Source: Octopus sinensis (lineage: Eukaryota). From it: a DNA stretch of 64,000 nt. The notes under the pieces are model-generated. The model saw only the letters and a list, made by a program, of their open reading frames with translations. It ran no database searches and was not told the origin of the DNA. Shown one piece after another: positions 37,441 through 51,111 of this stretch (positions within the stretch are counted from its first letter, which is position 1; the number at the start of each line of letters is the position of its first letter). The stretch covers positions 14,148,464 to 14,212,463 of the forward strand of contig NC_043011.1 of the NCBI RefSeq assembly GCF_006345805.1. The letters are read 5' to 3'. The translations under genes were made by a program, and so were the position numbers.

Positions 37441-38914
37441 CAATACATCTCTATAAATTATGCACATTGTACCCAGATTGGTTAATTCAGGAAAAAAAAA
37501 ATCATAGCTCAGGTTAAAATAATCAGTGGTTGAGGGCTTGTTTGAACCACAATTTTAAGGGCTATCAGCTGGAACCAAAGTTATTTGTTTTATTTTTTTT
37601 GTTTATGGGGGTCTGAGTTCACACAACCAAATCAAGCATATCAACCAAAATTGCCTTTTCAGTGTATTGCGGTTAAAAACGATCATCTGCAAGATCTCAC
37701 CAGCTTTCAATCAAGGATAGCATCTTTGACATCTCCAGAAGAATGTCCATCATGTCACATCCAGCAACTACTTTGAAACGTCCCACCCTGAATTGTTCTG
37801 TCTGTGTATGAAGTTGGTCATAAAGCTCAATCATCCAAACATGAGGTGTCTGCTTTGACAGAAGCACAATCAAGAATCAAATCGCTATATTACTGACTGA
37901 TCCGTGTCACACATAGTTATTGTTTAGCATTGTTGTTTCAATATTTGATGTGAATAATAAGTGATCAGTTTTCATGATTTAGTGCAAATGATTTTGATTT
38001 TTTCTGTGAATCATAGGGGGTAGCAGTTTTCATTGTATTTTTCCCTTTTTGGGGTGGGGTGGGGTGGGGAGTAGACTATGGTAAAGTTTCAATCCAGGGA
38101 TTTGTTGGGAATATTTTCTTTTTGCTATCTTGTGCTTTGGCCCTTCTTCAATTTTGGCAAAATCCTCCAAGCTGAAATCCAATCTTCCTAATCAGATTTT
38201 TATCCCATAAAATGGGCTAAAACCAAAAAGGTGTATTTAAGATCAATTATTTCAAGAAATTTATTAGGTTTTGAGTCCATTTTATGTTTCCTGTTTTTAT
38301 ACTTGTTTAATCATGTTGGGGGTCAATAACTACTGATGTTACCCAAACTTGGTTGGTTTTGATGTTTGGTACCCAAATTGAAGTTATACTTTCTGTGCAG
38401 CCTTTTAACCCCTTTGAACTGATTTTTTTTCCACAGTTTACATAAAAAGTTGAGGATGTCAAATATGTTAACCCTTAATATGTCAAAATTTGTCATCTTT
38501 TTTTTTTAATTATCAAGTTTGAGGGGGTTTTACTAAAAATTTGGATATTTTTCATGCATCCCCTATTTTCTCAAATTTATGTTGGCCTATGCACTCTAGG
38601 CTGTAGCTTGACTGAAAGACAATAAAACATGCTTCTAAATAAGTTCAAACAGAAGTTAAAAATCTTTTTTTGTGAAAGAAAACATGTCTAATCTTATGAT
38701 ACTCCAAAAAAAAAAACATAAATTTTGATAAATTGGTCAATTTTAAAGAGCTATAAAAATTGAACCGTACATTATTTTAAACTTAGGCTTTTTGCTTTGT
38801 AATCTCTTGAGTTTAGAGAAGCAGAAAATAAGCATTTTGAACATCTGGGGGAAACTTCCAAAAATGATAAATTCCCATTCTGGGCACAATGTGTTATGCT
38901 CCATCAAAAATCCA

Positions 38915-39071
38915 GGTGCAGGTGTGGCTGTGTGGTAAGAAGCTTGTTTCCCAACCACATGACACCTAGGGCAAGTGTCTTCTGCTATAGCCTCAGGCCA
39001 ATGAAAGCCTTGTGAGTGGATTTGGTAGACGGAAACTGAAAGAACCCTGTCATGTGCACATGTGTGTGTGT

Positions 39072-39117
<46 letters not shown>

Positions 39118-39335
39118 ATCTTTGTGTCTGTTTTGTCTCCCACCACCACTTGACAACCATGATGTGTTTACATCCCCATAACTTAGCAGTTCAACAAAAG
39201 TGATCAACAGAATAAGTACCAGACCGTAAAAAAAAAAGTACTGGAGCTGAGTCATTCAAATGCAATTCTTCCAGGTGGTGCCCCAGCATCACTGCAGTCT
39301 AATGACTGAAATCAGTAAAAGAAAAAGATAAAAGA
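38915..39335 (+). mobile_element. SINE-A, older variant
   Basis: Family motifs with (TG)n core. Confidence 0.85.
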
Positions 39336-39540
39336 CAGACATGGAATTGACAAAGGATCGGATGAGAAGACAAACAGGTAAACTTCCTTCTCAATATTAA
39401 ATGGTCAAACAGCATTGGCAACACACAACTTTACAAAACCCTAACCCTAACATCACAACAGCAGATAACTGAGCATTGGTATTGTGCAGGCTCACTGATG
39501 TCTGTGTGAACACATTTTCAGAAAGAATGGCTTCTGTACC

Positions 39541-39855
39541 CATGGCACGTAAAAGGACACCATTCGAGCATGATCGTTACCAACGTCACTTCACTGGCAC
39601 CTGTGCCGGTGATACGTGTAAAAAGATTTGAGCGAGGGCATTGCCGGCACCGCCTGACTGGCCCCCGTGAAGGTGGCATGTAAAAAGCACCCACTACACT
39701 CTCGGAGTGGTTGGCATTAGGAAGGGCATCCAGCTGTAGAAACTCTGCCAGATCAGACTGGAGCCTGGTGCAGCCATCTGGTTCGCCAGCCCTCAGTCAA
39801 AATCGTCCAACCCATGCTAGCATGGAAAGCAGACGTTAAATGATGATGATGATGA
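39541..39855 (+). mobile_element. Family E
   Basis: Same core and tail. Confidence 0.88.
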
Positions 39856-40284
39856 ATGGACTGCAGAACACCCATTAATACCCACATCAAGGCAACAGGG
39901 CTTGAGAAATTTCAGAATGATTCCCAGATAGACAATGTGTGCCAAGTATAGACTCTTCGGTACAGTTTATATATGATCAAATACACATGACCATATACCA
40001 GGATCAATAAACTTATATCTATACAGACCCAAGGGCTAATATTTGAGGAGCACTGGTGGAATTCACTTTATCAATTAAATTAAACCTTATTTTTTTATTA
40101 TTAAAAGTCTTGTCTTTTATAGTATCCATTAAGAGCAATGTGCCAAGGGAAAGGCCCAAGTTAAAGATTCAGATGTGGTAACTTTGGAAAATATCAACTG
40201 GGTAAAAATTCTTAAAACAATGAATGTGTTGCAATTACATTGAAACTAATGAAATCTAGAACCCTAAAATTACATTTGAAATAT

Positions 40285-40582
40285 TTTTTTTTCCGACCAG
40301 ACCATCAGATGTTGTTACACATCGCTGGTCACAATGCGCTTCGCATTGTTTTAGCCTTTGAATGACGCCACCCCGCTGGCTAAGCGAGCAGGCCAACAGA
40401 AGAAAGAGAGAAAGAGTGGTGAAAGAGTACAGCAGGGATCACCACCATCCCCTGCCGGAGCGTTGTGGAGCTTTTAGGTGTTTTTGCTCAATAAACACTC
40501 ACAACGCCCGGTCTGGGAATCGAAACCGCGATCCTACGACCGCGTGTCCGCTGCCCTAACCACTGGGCCATTGCGCCTCCAC
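40285..40582 (-). mobile_element. SINE-C head with tail type 2
   Basis: 13-bp TSD acatttgaaatat (40272-40284 / 40581-40593). Confidence 0.9.
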
Positions 40583-41519
40583 ATTTGAAATATAAGCTTG
40601 CTAAACAGTTTGGTCAAACAGAAACTACACCTTCTAAACTCCAAAGACTCTGATTCAGAGGTATTTCTGAAGCAAATCATCTACCTTCATGCTGACATCA
40701 GACCAACAGTAGGCAGTAAGGTCGTGACTCTGGAAGGCAATAAAATTACTTGTGTAAAATAAGATATGTTGGTTACTATTGAGATATCTGTCATCATTAT
40801 CAATTAATGGTCATTTTCCATGCTGGTATGGGTTGGACAGTTTGCCAGGAGCCAGTGAGCCAAAGAACTGCACCAATCTCCAATACTTATTTTGGCATGA
40901 TTTCTATGGCTGGGTGCTCTTCCTAGTGCCAACCATTTTACATGACACCAGCATTAGTGAGGTCACCAAGTAACTCACAAGACATGACCCCACTCCTCTC
41001 AACTGAGGTGGGATATTGTATCGAAGGATGAGGTTTTATGCCAGGTGATGAAAGGTTAAAATATAAAAATGGTATAGGAACAGGTATCTTATTGCAGAAA
41101 AGTGACATGGCTACCCCAGTTGGAAAAGAGAGAAGACAGTGAAGATGTTTCAGGGCATAACCTCAAATTAGAGAAAGGTGAATATAAGAGAAATGGTACA
41201 GAGAACTGGACAGGGTGAGTGGGTTTGTGAGAGTGTGAAAGCAGAGTGGCAGATGAATAGAGATGAGGACAGAAATGATTACAGGGAATGGTGACCACAT
41301 GTGAAAATATGGTAGACAAGTATTTTTTTTTCCTGGCTTTAGTTGGAGGTTGAACAGTATCATTTATTGTTGAATAGTCTTAAGTATACAGACTTTCATC
41401 ATAATTTTAAAGTATAAAAACTTCTAACAGTTTTTTCAAGAACTCTAATAAAGACATTCCATAAGGTTTACTCAAAACTTTCTCAATCAGTATCATCCTT
41501 CTTGGAATGCAAACACTAG

Positions 41520-41672
41520 TTATCATCATCATCATCATCATCGTTTAACATCCGCTTTCCATACTGGTATGGGTTGGACGGTTTGACTGAGGACTATTGA
41601 GCCAGAGGCTGCACCAGACTCAATCTGGTCTGGCAAAGGTTCTACAGCTGGATGCCCTTCCTAACGCCAACA
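41520..41672 (-). mobile_element. Family E 3' part
   Basis: Same core and tail. Confidence 0.85.
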
Positions 41673-41814
41673 AGTTATGTATGCACAAAAATTTTCTCAA
41701 TATTCTTTCTCATATCAACAGACCATACCTCACAAAGTAGTTGAAGTCATCACTGAGTGATAGAATTGCAAGGACACGCTAAACTTAGATAATGGACATC
41801 TATACCAAACCAAA

Positions 41815-42040
41815 ATATAATAGTTTCAAATTCTGGCACAAGGCCAGCAATTTCAGGGGAAGAGGCAAGTCAATTACATTAACCCCAGTGCTCAGCTGGT
41901 ACTTATCTTATTGATCCTGAAAGGATGAAAACCAAAGTTAACCTTGGTGAAATCAGAACTCCGAACACAAAGACAGATGAAATGCCACTAAGCATTTTGC
42001 CAAGCATGCTAACAATTCTACCAGCTTGCCACCTTCAAGC
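41815..42040 (-). mobile_element. SINE-B'
   Basis: Family motifs on the reverse strand. Confidence 0.82.
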
Positions 42041-42143
42041 CAAACCATGATATAATACAGGCAAGACTCCAACTGGCCATTTACAAACAACAACCAACTG
42101 AATTTGTGGATCAATTTCTTCAAGCCTTGAAACTACTAGTTAA

Positions 42144-42363
42144 CCCTTTAGTGTTTAAACCGTCCATATCTGGCCCAAATATTCTACATGTTTTATATTC
42201 AAACTGGCCATATCAAGCCTCTCACACCTAACCTACATTGACATTCTAAAAATAAACAATCACATCATTGAAACCTCAAAGCTATAAGATAATGCATGAT
42301 TAATACAAAACAATTTAAGTGAAAAAGTATTACATTTAACAGAGTAATCTGAACACTAAAGGG
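42144..42363 (+). mobile_element. piggyBac-type MITE G
   Basis: TTAA 42140-42143 / 42364-42367, ccctttag..ctaaaggg TIR. Confidence 0.9.
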
Positions 42364-43283
42364 TTAAAGAATAGAACTTTAAAACAATTGGAAGTATATA
42401 CAAAAAAAAAAAATTAATAGTGGACAGTTTTATTTCTGGAAAACCATCAGCAGAAATGTGGCTCAAAGAACTTGAGGATAGATTTTAGAATAGCAGTTTC
42501 ATAAACCAGAGCTTTAACTTAACACTAAAATACTCCAGCATCAATAATCAGGATGTGTTTTTATACATTAATACTATTACAAGAGGACAGCAAACCAGAA
42601 TGTGTAACTAACATATTAAACATTCAGAAGGCCAGCATAAACCAGGTAGACCCTTTTCCCAACATAATATCTTGAACTGTAGGTTGATCTTCTGCTTTAT
42701 GGGAGCATCTTTTGAGTCAATACACTTTTTAATGTTACAATTAACACGAATTAACATACGCTTTGATTAACAGTGAAAGAACTGACAATTTATCCAAGGT
42801 GATGTTACTAAAGCAGAATGATTTAGTCATTAAACTAATCTCAAGAGGCAAGAACATTGTGATGGCATCGGTTAGTTCTAGAATCAAAGAGATATAAAGT
42901 TGTTATTAGAATAGATAAGTGGGAAAATTGCACCAAAGGCGTTCACTATTAGTTATATTCAGTTTCTGCTCAAATCTGCTTCAGGTAGAGTTTCATATCC
43001 CAAAATTCCTTAACAGCATTGAAATTTAATACTTCAAAAGCTTCTCCAATGTTGTTAGATTTTGCTTCACTAATTTAACTCCAAATGAAAAACCTACTGC
43101 TATACCTACTTGAAGCTATTATGTGGAAGATTTCAAATTCGTAAGGCAAAAAAAGTACCTAGTCAAAGAAGGCAGCAGTGAACCATTAGCTCACAGTAAA
43201 GAGATCAAGTTATAGTAAAGAAAAAAAAACAAAAATCACAAATGATGCCTTATCATTTATTTCTCTACCACTATCAATATTCA

Positions 43284-43661
43284 TCTCTCTATATATAAAC
43301 AGCAAAATGTCTGTGTGTGTGTGTGTGTGTGTGTATCCTTTATACAAATCCACAATTTTTCAGTTAGAGGGCTCGCACTTTCTATGGTCATTGAAAACCG
43401 TCCAAGGGTGGTCGTGCACATCTTTACATTTCCCCAGTCACCCCGCAAAAGCATTAAAAAAGCAATAGAAGCGACTTTTTTGTGAATTTTCTATCCAAAA
43501 CCCAATCAAAATGCCCGAAACTTGATACACCAATTGAATGCCAGCTAGCTGTATGTGATTGGTCGGAGATTTGGACAGTGCTCTCGTGTATGTGCGCACT
43601 CACGCAGCTGTATATGCATGCACTAGCACTACGACCCGGCATTAACAGGTCATAGTCCTAG
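43284..43661 (+). mobile_element. Non-autonomous Helitron-type element
   Basis: A|TC 5' end, microsatellite, subterminal hairpin, CTAG|T 3' end, no TSD. Confidence 0.85.
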
Positions 43662-43689
43662 TATATTTGTAACTGACATTCCATCAGTC

Positions 43690-44215
43690 ACAATGATGAG
43701 GTTTCCAATTGATCTGATCAATGGAACAGCCTGCTAGTGAAATTATCGTACAAGTGGATGAGCACTCCAGAGATACAAGTACTCTTAACATGTGAAGATT
43801 CAACATGACACAATGTGAACAGACTGGCCATATGAATTACATGTACAACTCATTTTCGCCAGCTGAGTGGACAGGAGCAGTATAAAATAAAGTGTCTTGT
43901 TTAACCCTTTAGCATTTAAACTGGCCATATCCGGCCAAAATATTCTACTTGTTCTATGTTCAAACCAGCAGGATCTGGCTTTGCACACTTATCCTTCAAT
44001 GTCATTCTAAGAATAAGCAATCACATCCTCAAAATTTCTATACTACGATGTCTTTGTATGATTAATTCAAAACAATATGCATTAATAAGCATTACATTTG
44101 ACAGAATAATCTGAATACTAAAGGGTTAAGGACACAAAGTACCACTAGAAATTGAATTCAAGATCTTACAATCGTGAACCAAATGCCCTAACCAGTAAGC
44201 CGTGCACCTTCACAT
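43690..44215 (-). mobile_element. Old CORE SINE split by TTAA MITE G
   Basis: gtgtcttgt|ttaa..ttaa|ggacacaaag reconstitutes the CORE motif. Confidence 0.75.
43905..44125 (+). mobile_element. MITE G
   Basis: TTAA 43901-43904 / 44126-44129. Confidence 0.92.
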
Positions 44216-44366
44216 CAAATACTTTTACATGCTTTTCTAGTACCTGTCATTGATGAAACATCACATACTATATTGCAATATTCATATTTTAGCAAGACTG
44301 ACATGAAATTTGCATATTATCAACTGCCACTGACAAAGTTATTTATTATTTTTTTTTTTTTAAATC

Positions 44367-44905
44367 TGATACTTATTCTGTCTCTTTTGCTGAACTGCTA
44401 AGTTACAGGGGTACAAAAACACCAACACAGGTTGTCAAGCAGTGGGGGGGGAACAAACATAGGAATTAAGACACATACAGATATATACACAGTGGGCTTC
44501 TTTCAGTTTCCGTCTACTAAATCCACTTTCAAGGCTTTGGTCAGCTCGAGGCTATTAGTAGAAGGCACTTGCTCAAGGTGCCACACAATGGGACTGAACC
44601 TGGAACCATGCAGTTGGGATGCAAGCTTCTTACCACAAAGCCATGCTTGCACCTTCATTTTAATTTTATTTATTTACTAACTTATTAGTTTATTATTCTG
44701 TGGCTTAAAATATCTCACATGAAAGAGCAAATATAACAAATTTCACACACACACACACAATGAGCCTCCGTGGAGTTTCCATCTACCAATTCCTTACATA
44801 AGTCATTGTTTGGCCCAAGGCAATAGCAGAAGACACTTGCTCAAAGTGCCACACATCAGACTAAACCTAAAACCATGTGGTTGCAAAGTGAACCTCTTAA
44901 CCATA
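44367..44905 (-). mobile_element. Two partial SINE-A copies (about 44367-44650 and 44745-44905)
   Basis: Reverse-complement family motifs. Confidence 0.75.
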
Positions 44906-44919
44906 TACATGCAGCTTGG

Positions 44920-45287
44920 ATATTGCAATCACCTCCCTCCAGCAGGTCATCCTAACGAGACGTCTGCGTTGGCTGGGTCATGCCTTCCGTTGTCAACCAG
45001 GAGAATTCATCTACAAAGCAATTGCCCCAGCTCCCCTTCAGGGTTGGCGAAAGCAATGTGGTGGACAACGAAAAACCTGGCTGATGACAGTCAAGGATGA
45101 TCGGGAACCCATCCTAGGCCCCCATATCTACGGTGTTCGCCGCTGGAATAAGGAGTGGTTGAAGATCACGCAGTCATTATCCTCAAATCGCCAGGCCTGG
45201 TCTGCGTTTGTGAGAGATGCAGCATTGACGATGAATGAAGCCAGCTCAACCCACCCCGGGTGAATACTGTCTCAAGTCAAGTCAAAG
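44920..45287 (+). mobile_element. RTE-clade LINE 3' end with (CAAGT)n tail
   Basis: RRLRWLGHAFR..GWRKQCGGQRKTWLMTVKDD..NRQAWSAFVRD, then stop and tcaagtcaagtcaaagtc. Confidence 0.9.
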
Positions 45288-46216
45288 TCTCTTATTCCCC
45301 ACTGAACAAAACAGAGTAAGAATCCTAAATTTTGTATTTTTCATTGCATTATTAGCATCTCGCTTGAAGGAAAACCAACAAAAATTAGCTATCAGAAAAG
45401 CAATAAGAAACTTGCCTTGCCACACACACACACAGATTAACATAAATGGCTCTCTATTTCACTATTTCATCAAGTGTTATAAATTCACTATCATTCCTAG
45501 CTAAATATTTCCTGTGATTACAAGTAAGCGTCTCAAACAATATCAAAACAACCACAAAATAATATTTTCTCAAATCAACATAGGATGTTTACTTGACACA
45601 AAAGTGAGTGGAATTCTAGATATAAAAAATGCAATGCAATTGGTTAAAGAGTGATGTGCAACAGCAGGGTACATCAACTCTTGTATGGATTTGCTTGTCA
45701 TCATTTCAAGCATACTCCCTTGCCCATTTGCAACAAGATTCTTACAAGCAGCAGCTGTGTCAACTCCATAGCGAGGGAGGGATGGGTTGAAGGTTAAGTT
45801 CATGAATTGAAGGCTGACAGCAGGAGCAATAGCAGCCACAGCAACCGGGAGTTATAAGCTAATGCTTGCTGTAATCGCTACATTGTGTACCACTGTGCTT
45901 ACTATTCAGATCGTTACACTCCTTTACCTCTTGTCCATTATTGCAAGGGGATAGAGTATATTCAATTATCAACACCAAAGGGATGAAAGGCAAAATTTCT
46001 TCTATCAGGATTTAAACAGGCAACATTAATATACTGAAAATAGAGGCCATAAAACAACCAATCCAGATTTCTAGTGTTTCAATTGCTTTTAAACTATTAA
46101 TAATGATTTGTTATGCTATGACTCAATACTTTAGAGAGGAGAAAGTTGATTAATCCAAAACCAGAATATTACTGGTATTTATCTCATTGAGAATTTCAAA
46201 TTTTATAAGTATTTTC

Positions 46217-46656
46217 GGATCTTTTCGGTTTGAACGGCAGTTTTTAACATAATTTCTAGGTAACTAAAAAATTTTAAACTTCGTATACTGGTAGAATGTG
46301 TTTATAAAACATCTTTTCCTCTTGGCTTTATTGAGAAAATTCTATAGTTTGTAAGATATTTGTTGTTTTTTTTTTCTTCAATTTCTGCAATTTCAACCAA
46401 TCAATGACGTCTATTGAGGTAAAAAAAATATTCTATGCCGTATGAATATGTCCCTCACTTAAGAAACAGATTGGGTTTATTTACATTTGTGAAGAAAAAA
46501 CGATACCCTTCCCCCAACCCTAAACCTAACCAACCCTAACTAACGCTAACCCTAAAACAGATTGAAATGCAATAGATCGATACTAGGGTCATAATTATGG
46601 GTGACAATTTCATATGAAACCGCTAGAAAAAACTGCCGTTCAAACCGAAAAGATCC
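46217..46656 (+). mobile_element. MITE H
   Basis: TSD gtattttc (46209-46216 / 46657-46664). Confidence 0.94.
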
Positions 46657-46674
46657 GTATTTTCTGAAGGTGTT

Positions 46675-47090
46675 GAGACTAATTTCAAATTTTGGTACAA
46701 GGCCAGCTACTTCGGGGGGTGGGACCCCGGTACTTGACTGGTACTCACTTTATCAACCCCAAAAGGATGAAAGGCAAAGTCGACCTCAGCGAAATGTCAC
46801 TAAGCTATTTGCCCAGCATGCAGCTTTTTTGTAATAGGGATTACTAAGGTGTTAATATTACACAAGAAGAAGGCAGCAAGCTGGCAGAATTGTTACCACA
46901 CTGGCAAAAATGCATAACAGCATTTCTTCTAACTCTGCATTCTGAGTTCAAATGCCGACAGAGTCAACTTTGCTTTTCATCATTTTGGGGTGAATAAAAT
47001 AAGTACCAGTTGAGTACTGGGGTCAGTGTAATCGGCTTACCTCCTCACCCAAAATTGCTGGCCTTGTGCCAAAATTTGAAACTAATATTA
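46675..47090. mobile_element. Divergently oriented SINE-B' pair (46675-46820 minus; 46870-47090 plus)
   Basis: Family motifs. Confidence 0.8.
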
Positions 47091-47119
47091 TACAAGAAGA
47101 GAAAAATAAAGATTATCCA

Positions 47120-47512
47120 AGGAGTGGCTGTGTGGTAAGTAGCTTGCTTACCAACCACATGATTCCAGGTTCAGTCCCACTGCGTGGCACCTTGGGCAAG
47201 TGTCTTCTATTATAGCTTCAGGCTGACCAAAGCCTTGTGAGTGGATTTGGTAGATGAAAACTGAAAGAAGCCCGTCGTATATATGTATATATATATGTGT
47301 GTGTATGTTTGTGTGTCTGTGTTTATCCCCTCCAACATCGCTTGACAACCGATGCTGGTGTGTTTTTGTTCCCATAACTTAGCAGTTCGGCAAAAGAGAC
47401 CAATAGAATAAGTACTAGGCTTACAAAGAATAAGTCCTGGGGTCGATTTGCTCAACTAAAGGCAGTGCTCCAGCATAACCGCAGTCAAATGACTGAAACA
47501 AGTAAAAGAGTA
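47120..47512 (+). mobile_element. SINE-A full length
   Basis: Family match. Confidence 0.92.
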
Positions 47513-47977
47513 AATATTTCTTTCCTCAATTGAAGTTTGCAGGAATATCTGATTTCATCTGAAAAATCAATATCGCTTTACTGAGCTCATAAATCAAAGC
47601 AGCTGAGTAGATAACATGTCAGCTTGATAGCTCATGAATTGCAAGTATTATGATAAACATTATACTCATGCACTGTATGTATCTGATCGTGTCACTGAGC
47701 AACAAAACTATTCTAAAAATCTGCACTTGGAACCAGTGACCTGGAGACCAGGCACTAAGGGTTTTCTAAGGTAGGTTAACTGCATTATTGTTCAGGTTGT
47801 CTATCATCTATCCAACTGGTTTCATGAACTAGAATGATTTGTAACAGGGCTACAGGAGCTCACCATCATCTTTTTAGAAATAAAATTTTTGTTGTTTTTA
47901 CATTTTGATAGTAGTACCATACTTCCAATTATAACGATAAACAGACATATGTGACTTAAATCAAAACTAAGGTAATC

Positions 47978-48266
47978 TATATATATAAAACTGAGAATGT
48001 GTGTCTGTCTGTATCTATGTGTGAGAGTGTGTATGTGTGTCTATATGTGTGCATCACTAAAACTCAAGAACTAACCAACCAATTCCATTCAAGTTTTACA
48101 CATGCATTACTTAGGATCCATGGAGTGTTATGGGCCAAAAACATTTTCAACTTCTTGCCTAATGCAAGCCCTAAACAATCGCTTAGATTATTTCAGTATA
48201 ATGGTATAACGTGTAAAAAAAGGGAAACAATAACATCTCTATTGTAATGTGATAGAATAGTTTCAC

Positions 48267-48270
<4 letters not shown>
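47978..48270 (+). mobile_element. Possible third Helitron-like element, 5' part
   Basis: atctatatatataaaa start followed by a tgtgtctgtctgt microsatellite; no clear 3' hairpin. Confidence 0.5.
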
Positions 48271-48302
<32 letters not shown>

Positions 48303-48311
48303 CTTGTTTGT

Positions 48312-48822
48312 ATCATCATCATCATCGTTTAGCGTCCGTTTTTCATGCTAGCATGGGTTGGACGGTTCTACTGGGGTCTGTGAAGCCAGAAGGCTTCATC
48401 AGGCCCAGTCAAATCTGGCAGTGTTTCTACGGCTGGATGCCCTTCCTAACGCCAACCACTCCGTGAGTGCAGTGGGTGCTTTTTACGTGCCACCCGCACA
48501 GGTGCCAGACAAAGCTGGCAAACGGCCACGAACGGATGGTGCTTTTTATGTGCTACCGGCACGAGGGCCAGGCGAGGCTGGCAACGGACACGAAACGGGG
48601 CGGTGCTGGCAACGGTCGCGAAACGGAAGGTTCTCTTACATGCCACCAGCACTGGTAACACATCTGCAATTTCCATTGATCGATTTCCATTCTGATCCTC
48701 ACTTGCCTCAACGGGTCTTCACAAGTAGAGTTTCGACATGCCATCGGCACTGGTAACACATCTGCAATTTCCATTGATCGATTTCGATTCTGATCCTCAC
48801 TTGCCTCAACAGGTCTTCACAA
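48312..48822 (-). mobile_element. Family E long copy with internal repeats and a 98-bp-period tandem duplication (48638-48724 / 48736-48822)
   Basis: Direct comparison of the units. Confidence 0.88.
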
Positions 48823-49011
48823 TATTAATACTTTCACTTGTAATACTTCCATTTCTTTTAGTTTCACTATGTATATATATATACATGTTTGGAAAATGAT
48901 GCGTGGCGTTCGATCATATAATAATATAAATAATATATAAATATATGCATATATACATATACATATGCACATACCTACGTACATATGTATATATACATGC
49001 ATATGGCCCCC

Positions 49012-49265
49012 TTGCTGGTGGCACGTAAAAAGCACTATCCAACCGTGGCCATTTGCCAGCCCCGTCTGGCACCTATGCCGGTGGCACGTAAAAAGCACCC
49101 ACTACACTCACGGAGTGGTTGGTGTTAGGAAGGGCATCCAGCCGTAGAAACACTGCCAGATCAGACTGGGCCTGATGCAGCCTTCTGGCTTCCCAGACCC
49201 CAGTTGAACCGTCCAACCCATGCTAGCATGGAAAGCAGACGCTAAATGATGATGATGATGATGAT
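49012..49265 (+). mobile_element. Family E, inverted relative to the 48.3 kb copy
   Basis: ~180 nt nearly identical to the reverse complement of 48312-48495. Confidence 0.9.
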
Positions 49266-49352
49266 ATGGGTACAGGACATATTTGGGATTTTTTGCAGAG
49301 GGTAAAAGTGGTAACAAGAACAGGACAGTAAGAACAAAACAGTAAAAACAAT

Positions 49353-49662
49353 GGGCAAGTGTCTTCTACTATAGCCTCAGGCTGACCAAAGCCTTGTGAG
49401 TAAATTTGATAGGTGAAAACTGAAAGAAGCCTGTCATGTGTGTGTATGTGTCTTTGTGTCTGTGTTTGTCCCCCACCACTGCTTGACAACCAGTGTTGGT
49501 GTGTTTACATCCCCATAGCTTAGCAGTTCAGCAAAAGAGACCAATAGAATAAGTACCAGGCTTAAAAAGGAAATAAATACTGGGATCAATTAGTTCGACT
49601 AAAATTCCTCAAGGCGATGCCCCAGCGTGGCCACAGTCTAATGACTGAAACAAGCAAGAGAT
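49353..49662 (+). mobile_element. SINE-A, 5'-truncated
   Basis: Starts at gggcaagtgtcttc. Confidence 0.85.
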
Positions 49663-50139
49663 AAATGGTAAATGATCAAAATACAAATTGCAAAAAAAAA
49701 AAAGTAGGGTGTAAATTTATTTTTTAAACTATACCAGAGGAATGAAAAAGGTTGGGAACCCCTAATTACAGCATTTACAAGGGTTTTGTTATTGTTTTTT
49801 CTCATTTACAAGAGTACAAATTTGTTAGGGCAGGGATAGTGAAATGAAGTGACTCTAGTACATGACTATACCTTGTTTTATTCACCCTTACAGATGAATG
49901 AACAGAGTGAATCCAGAGAGATTTGAAATCCCTGATGTAGCAGCACAGCAAAAAACACTACAATATTTCATCAGATACTTTGCCAGATCTGCTAGGAAAG
50001 CGATTACAAGATGTCCATATAAGTAAAACACAATAGATAAGATCTGCTGATGTGTCAAAAGAAGGCATATCTAATCTACCTTCAACAGATGAGGGACAAG
50101 AAAAGAGTAGGAAGACAGAGATGCCTGTTAAAGCTTTTA

Positions 50140-50550
50140 GGCGCAGGAGTGGCTGTGTGGTAAGTAGCTTGCTAACCAACCATATGGTTCCGGGTTCAGT
50201 CCCACTGCTTGGCATCTTGGGCAAGTGTCTTCTGCTATAGCCCCGGGCCGACCAATGCCTTGTGAGTGGATTTGGTAGACGGAAACTGAAAGAAGCCTGT
50301 CGTAAATATGTATATATATATATATGTGTGTGTATGTGTTTGTGTCTGTGATTGTCCCCCCTAGCATTGCTTGACAACCGATGCTGGTGTGTTTACGTCC
50401 CCGTCACTTAGCGGTTCGGCAAAAGAGACCAATAGAATAAGTAATGGGCTTACAAAGAATAAGTCCCGGGGTCGATTTGCTCGACTAAAAGGCGGTGCTC
50501 CAGCATGGCCGCAGTCAAATGACTGAAACAAGTAAAAGAGTAAAGAGTAA
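50140..50550 (+). mobile_element. SINE-A full length
   Basis: Family match. Confidence 0.93.
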
Positions 50551-50751
50551 ATGTACAAACTAGAGAAAAGGAATTGATGATTACCTTCATAGAAAAATGT
50601 TGATCAAATACTTTGGAAAATATACCCAGAGTCTCCAGCTGAGATTCTTCCTTAATGGACTGAATCCTAAAATAAGATTGAAACAAAAGAGGTAATTAGC
50701 TTTTCAAAACAATCATATTACAATATTAACTGAAATGAAATTATGTAAATA

Positions 50752-51111
50752 CTAGCACTATGACCCGGCGTTGCCAGGTCATAGTGCTAGCGTATGCATA
50801 TACATCTGCATGTGCACATACACGTGAGTACTGTCCAAATCTCCGACCAATCACATACATCTAGCTGGTATTCAATTGGTGTATCAAGTTTCGGGCATTT
50901 TGATTGGGTTTTGGATAGAAAATTCACAAAGAAGTCACTTCTACTGCTTTTTTAATGGCTTTGCGAGGTGACTGGGGAAATGTAAAGATGTGCACGACCA
51001 CCCTTGGACGGTTTTAAATGACCATAGAAAGTGTGAGCCCTCTAACTGAAAAGTTGTGGATTTGTATAAAGGACATACACACAGACATTTTGCTGTTTAT
51101 ATATAGAGAGA
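50752..51111 (-). mobile_element. Same Helitron family
   Basis: Reverse complement of the 43.3 kb copy, same termini. Confidence 0.87.

Noticed and set aside
37600-38730. Possible decayed DNA-transposon coding and terminal sequence
   Set aside because: No catalytic motif, TIR pair or TSD could be established by eye.
45570-45839. 89-aa minus-strand ORF of ordinary composition
   Set aside because: It starts at GTG with an in-frame stop a few codons upstream, has no convincing splice sites and no recognisable motif. A tBLASTx search could revisit it.
48470-48822. Repeat-spacer-like pattern suggestive of a CRISPR array
   Set aside because: These are internal tandem duplications of a retroposon in eukaryotic DNA, with no constant repeat/unique spacer periodicity and no cas genes.
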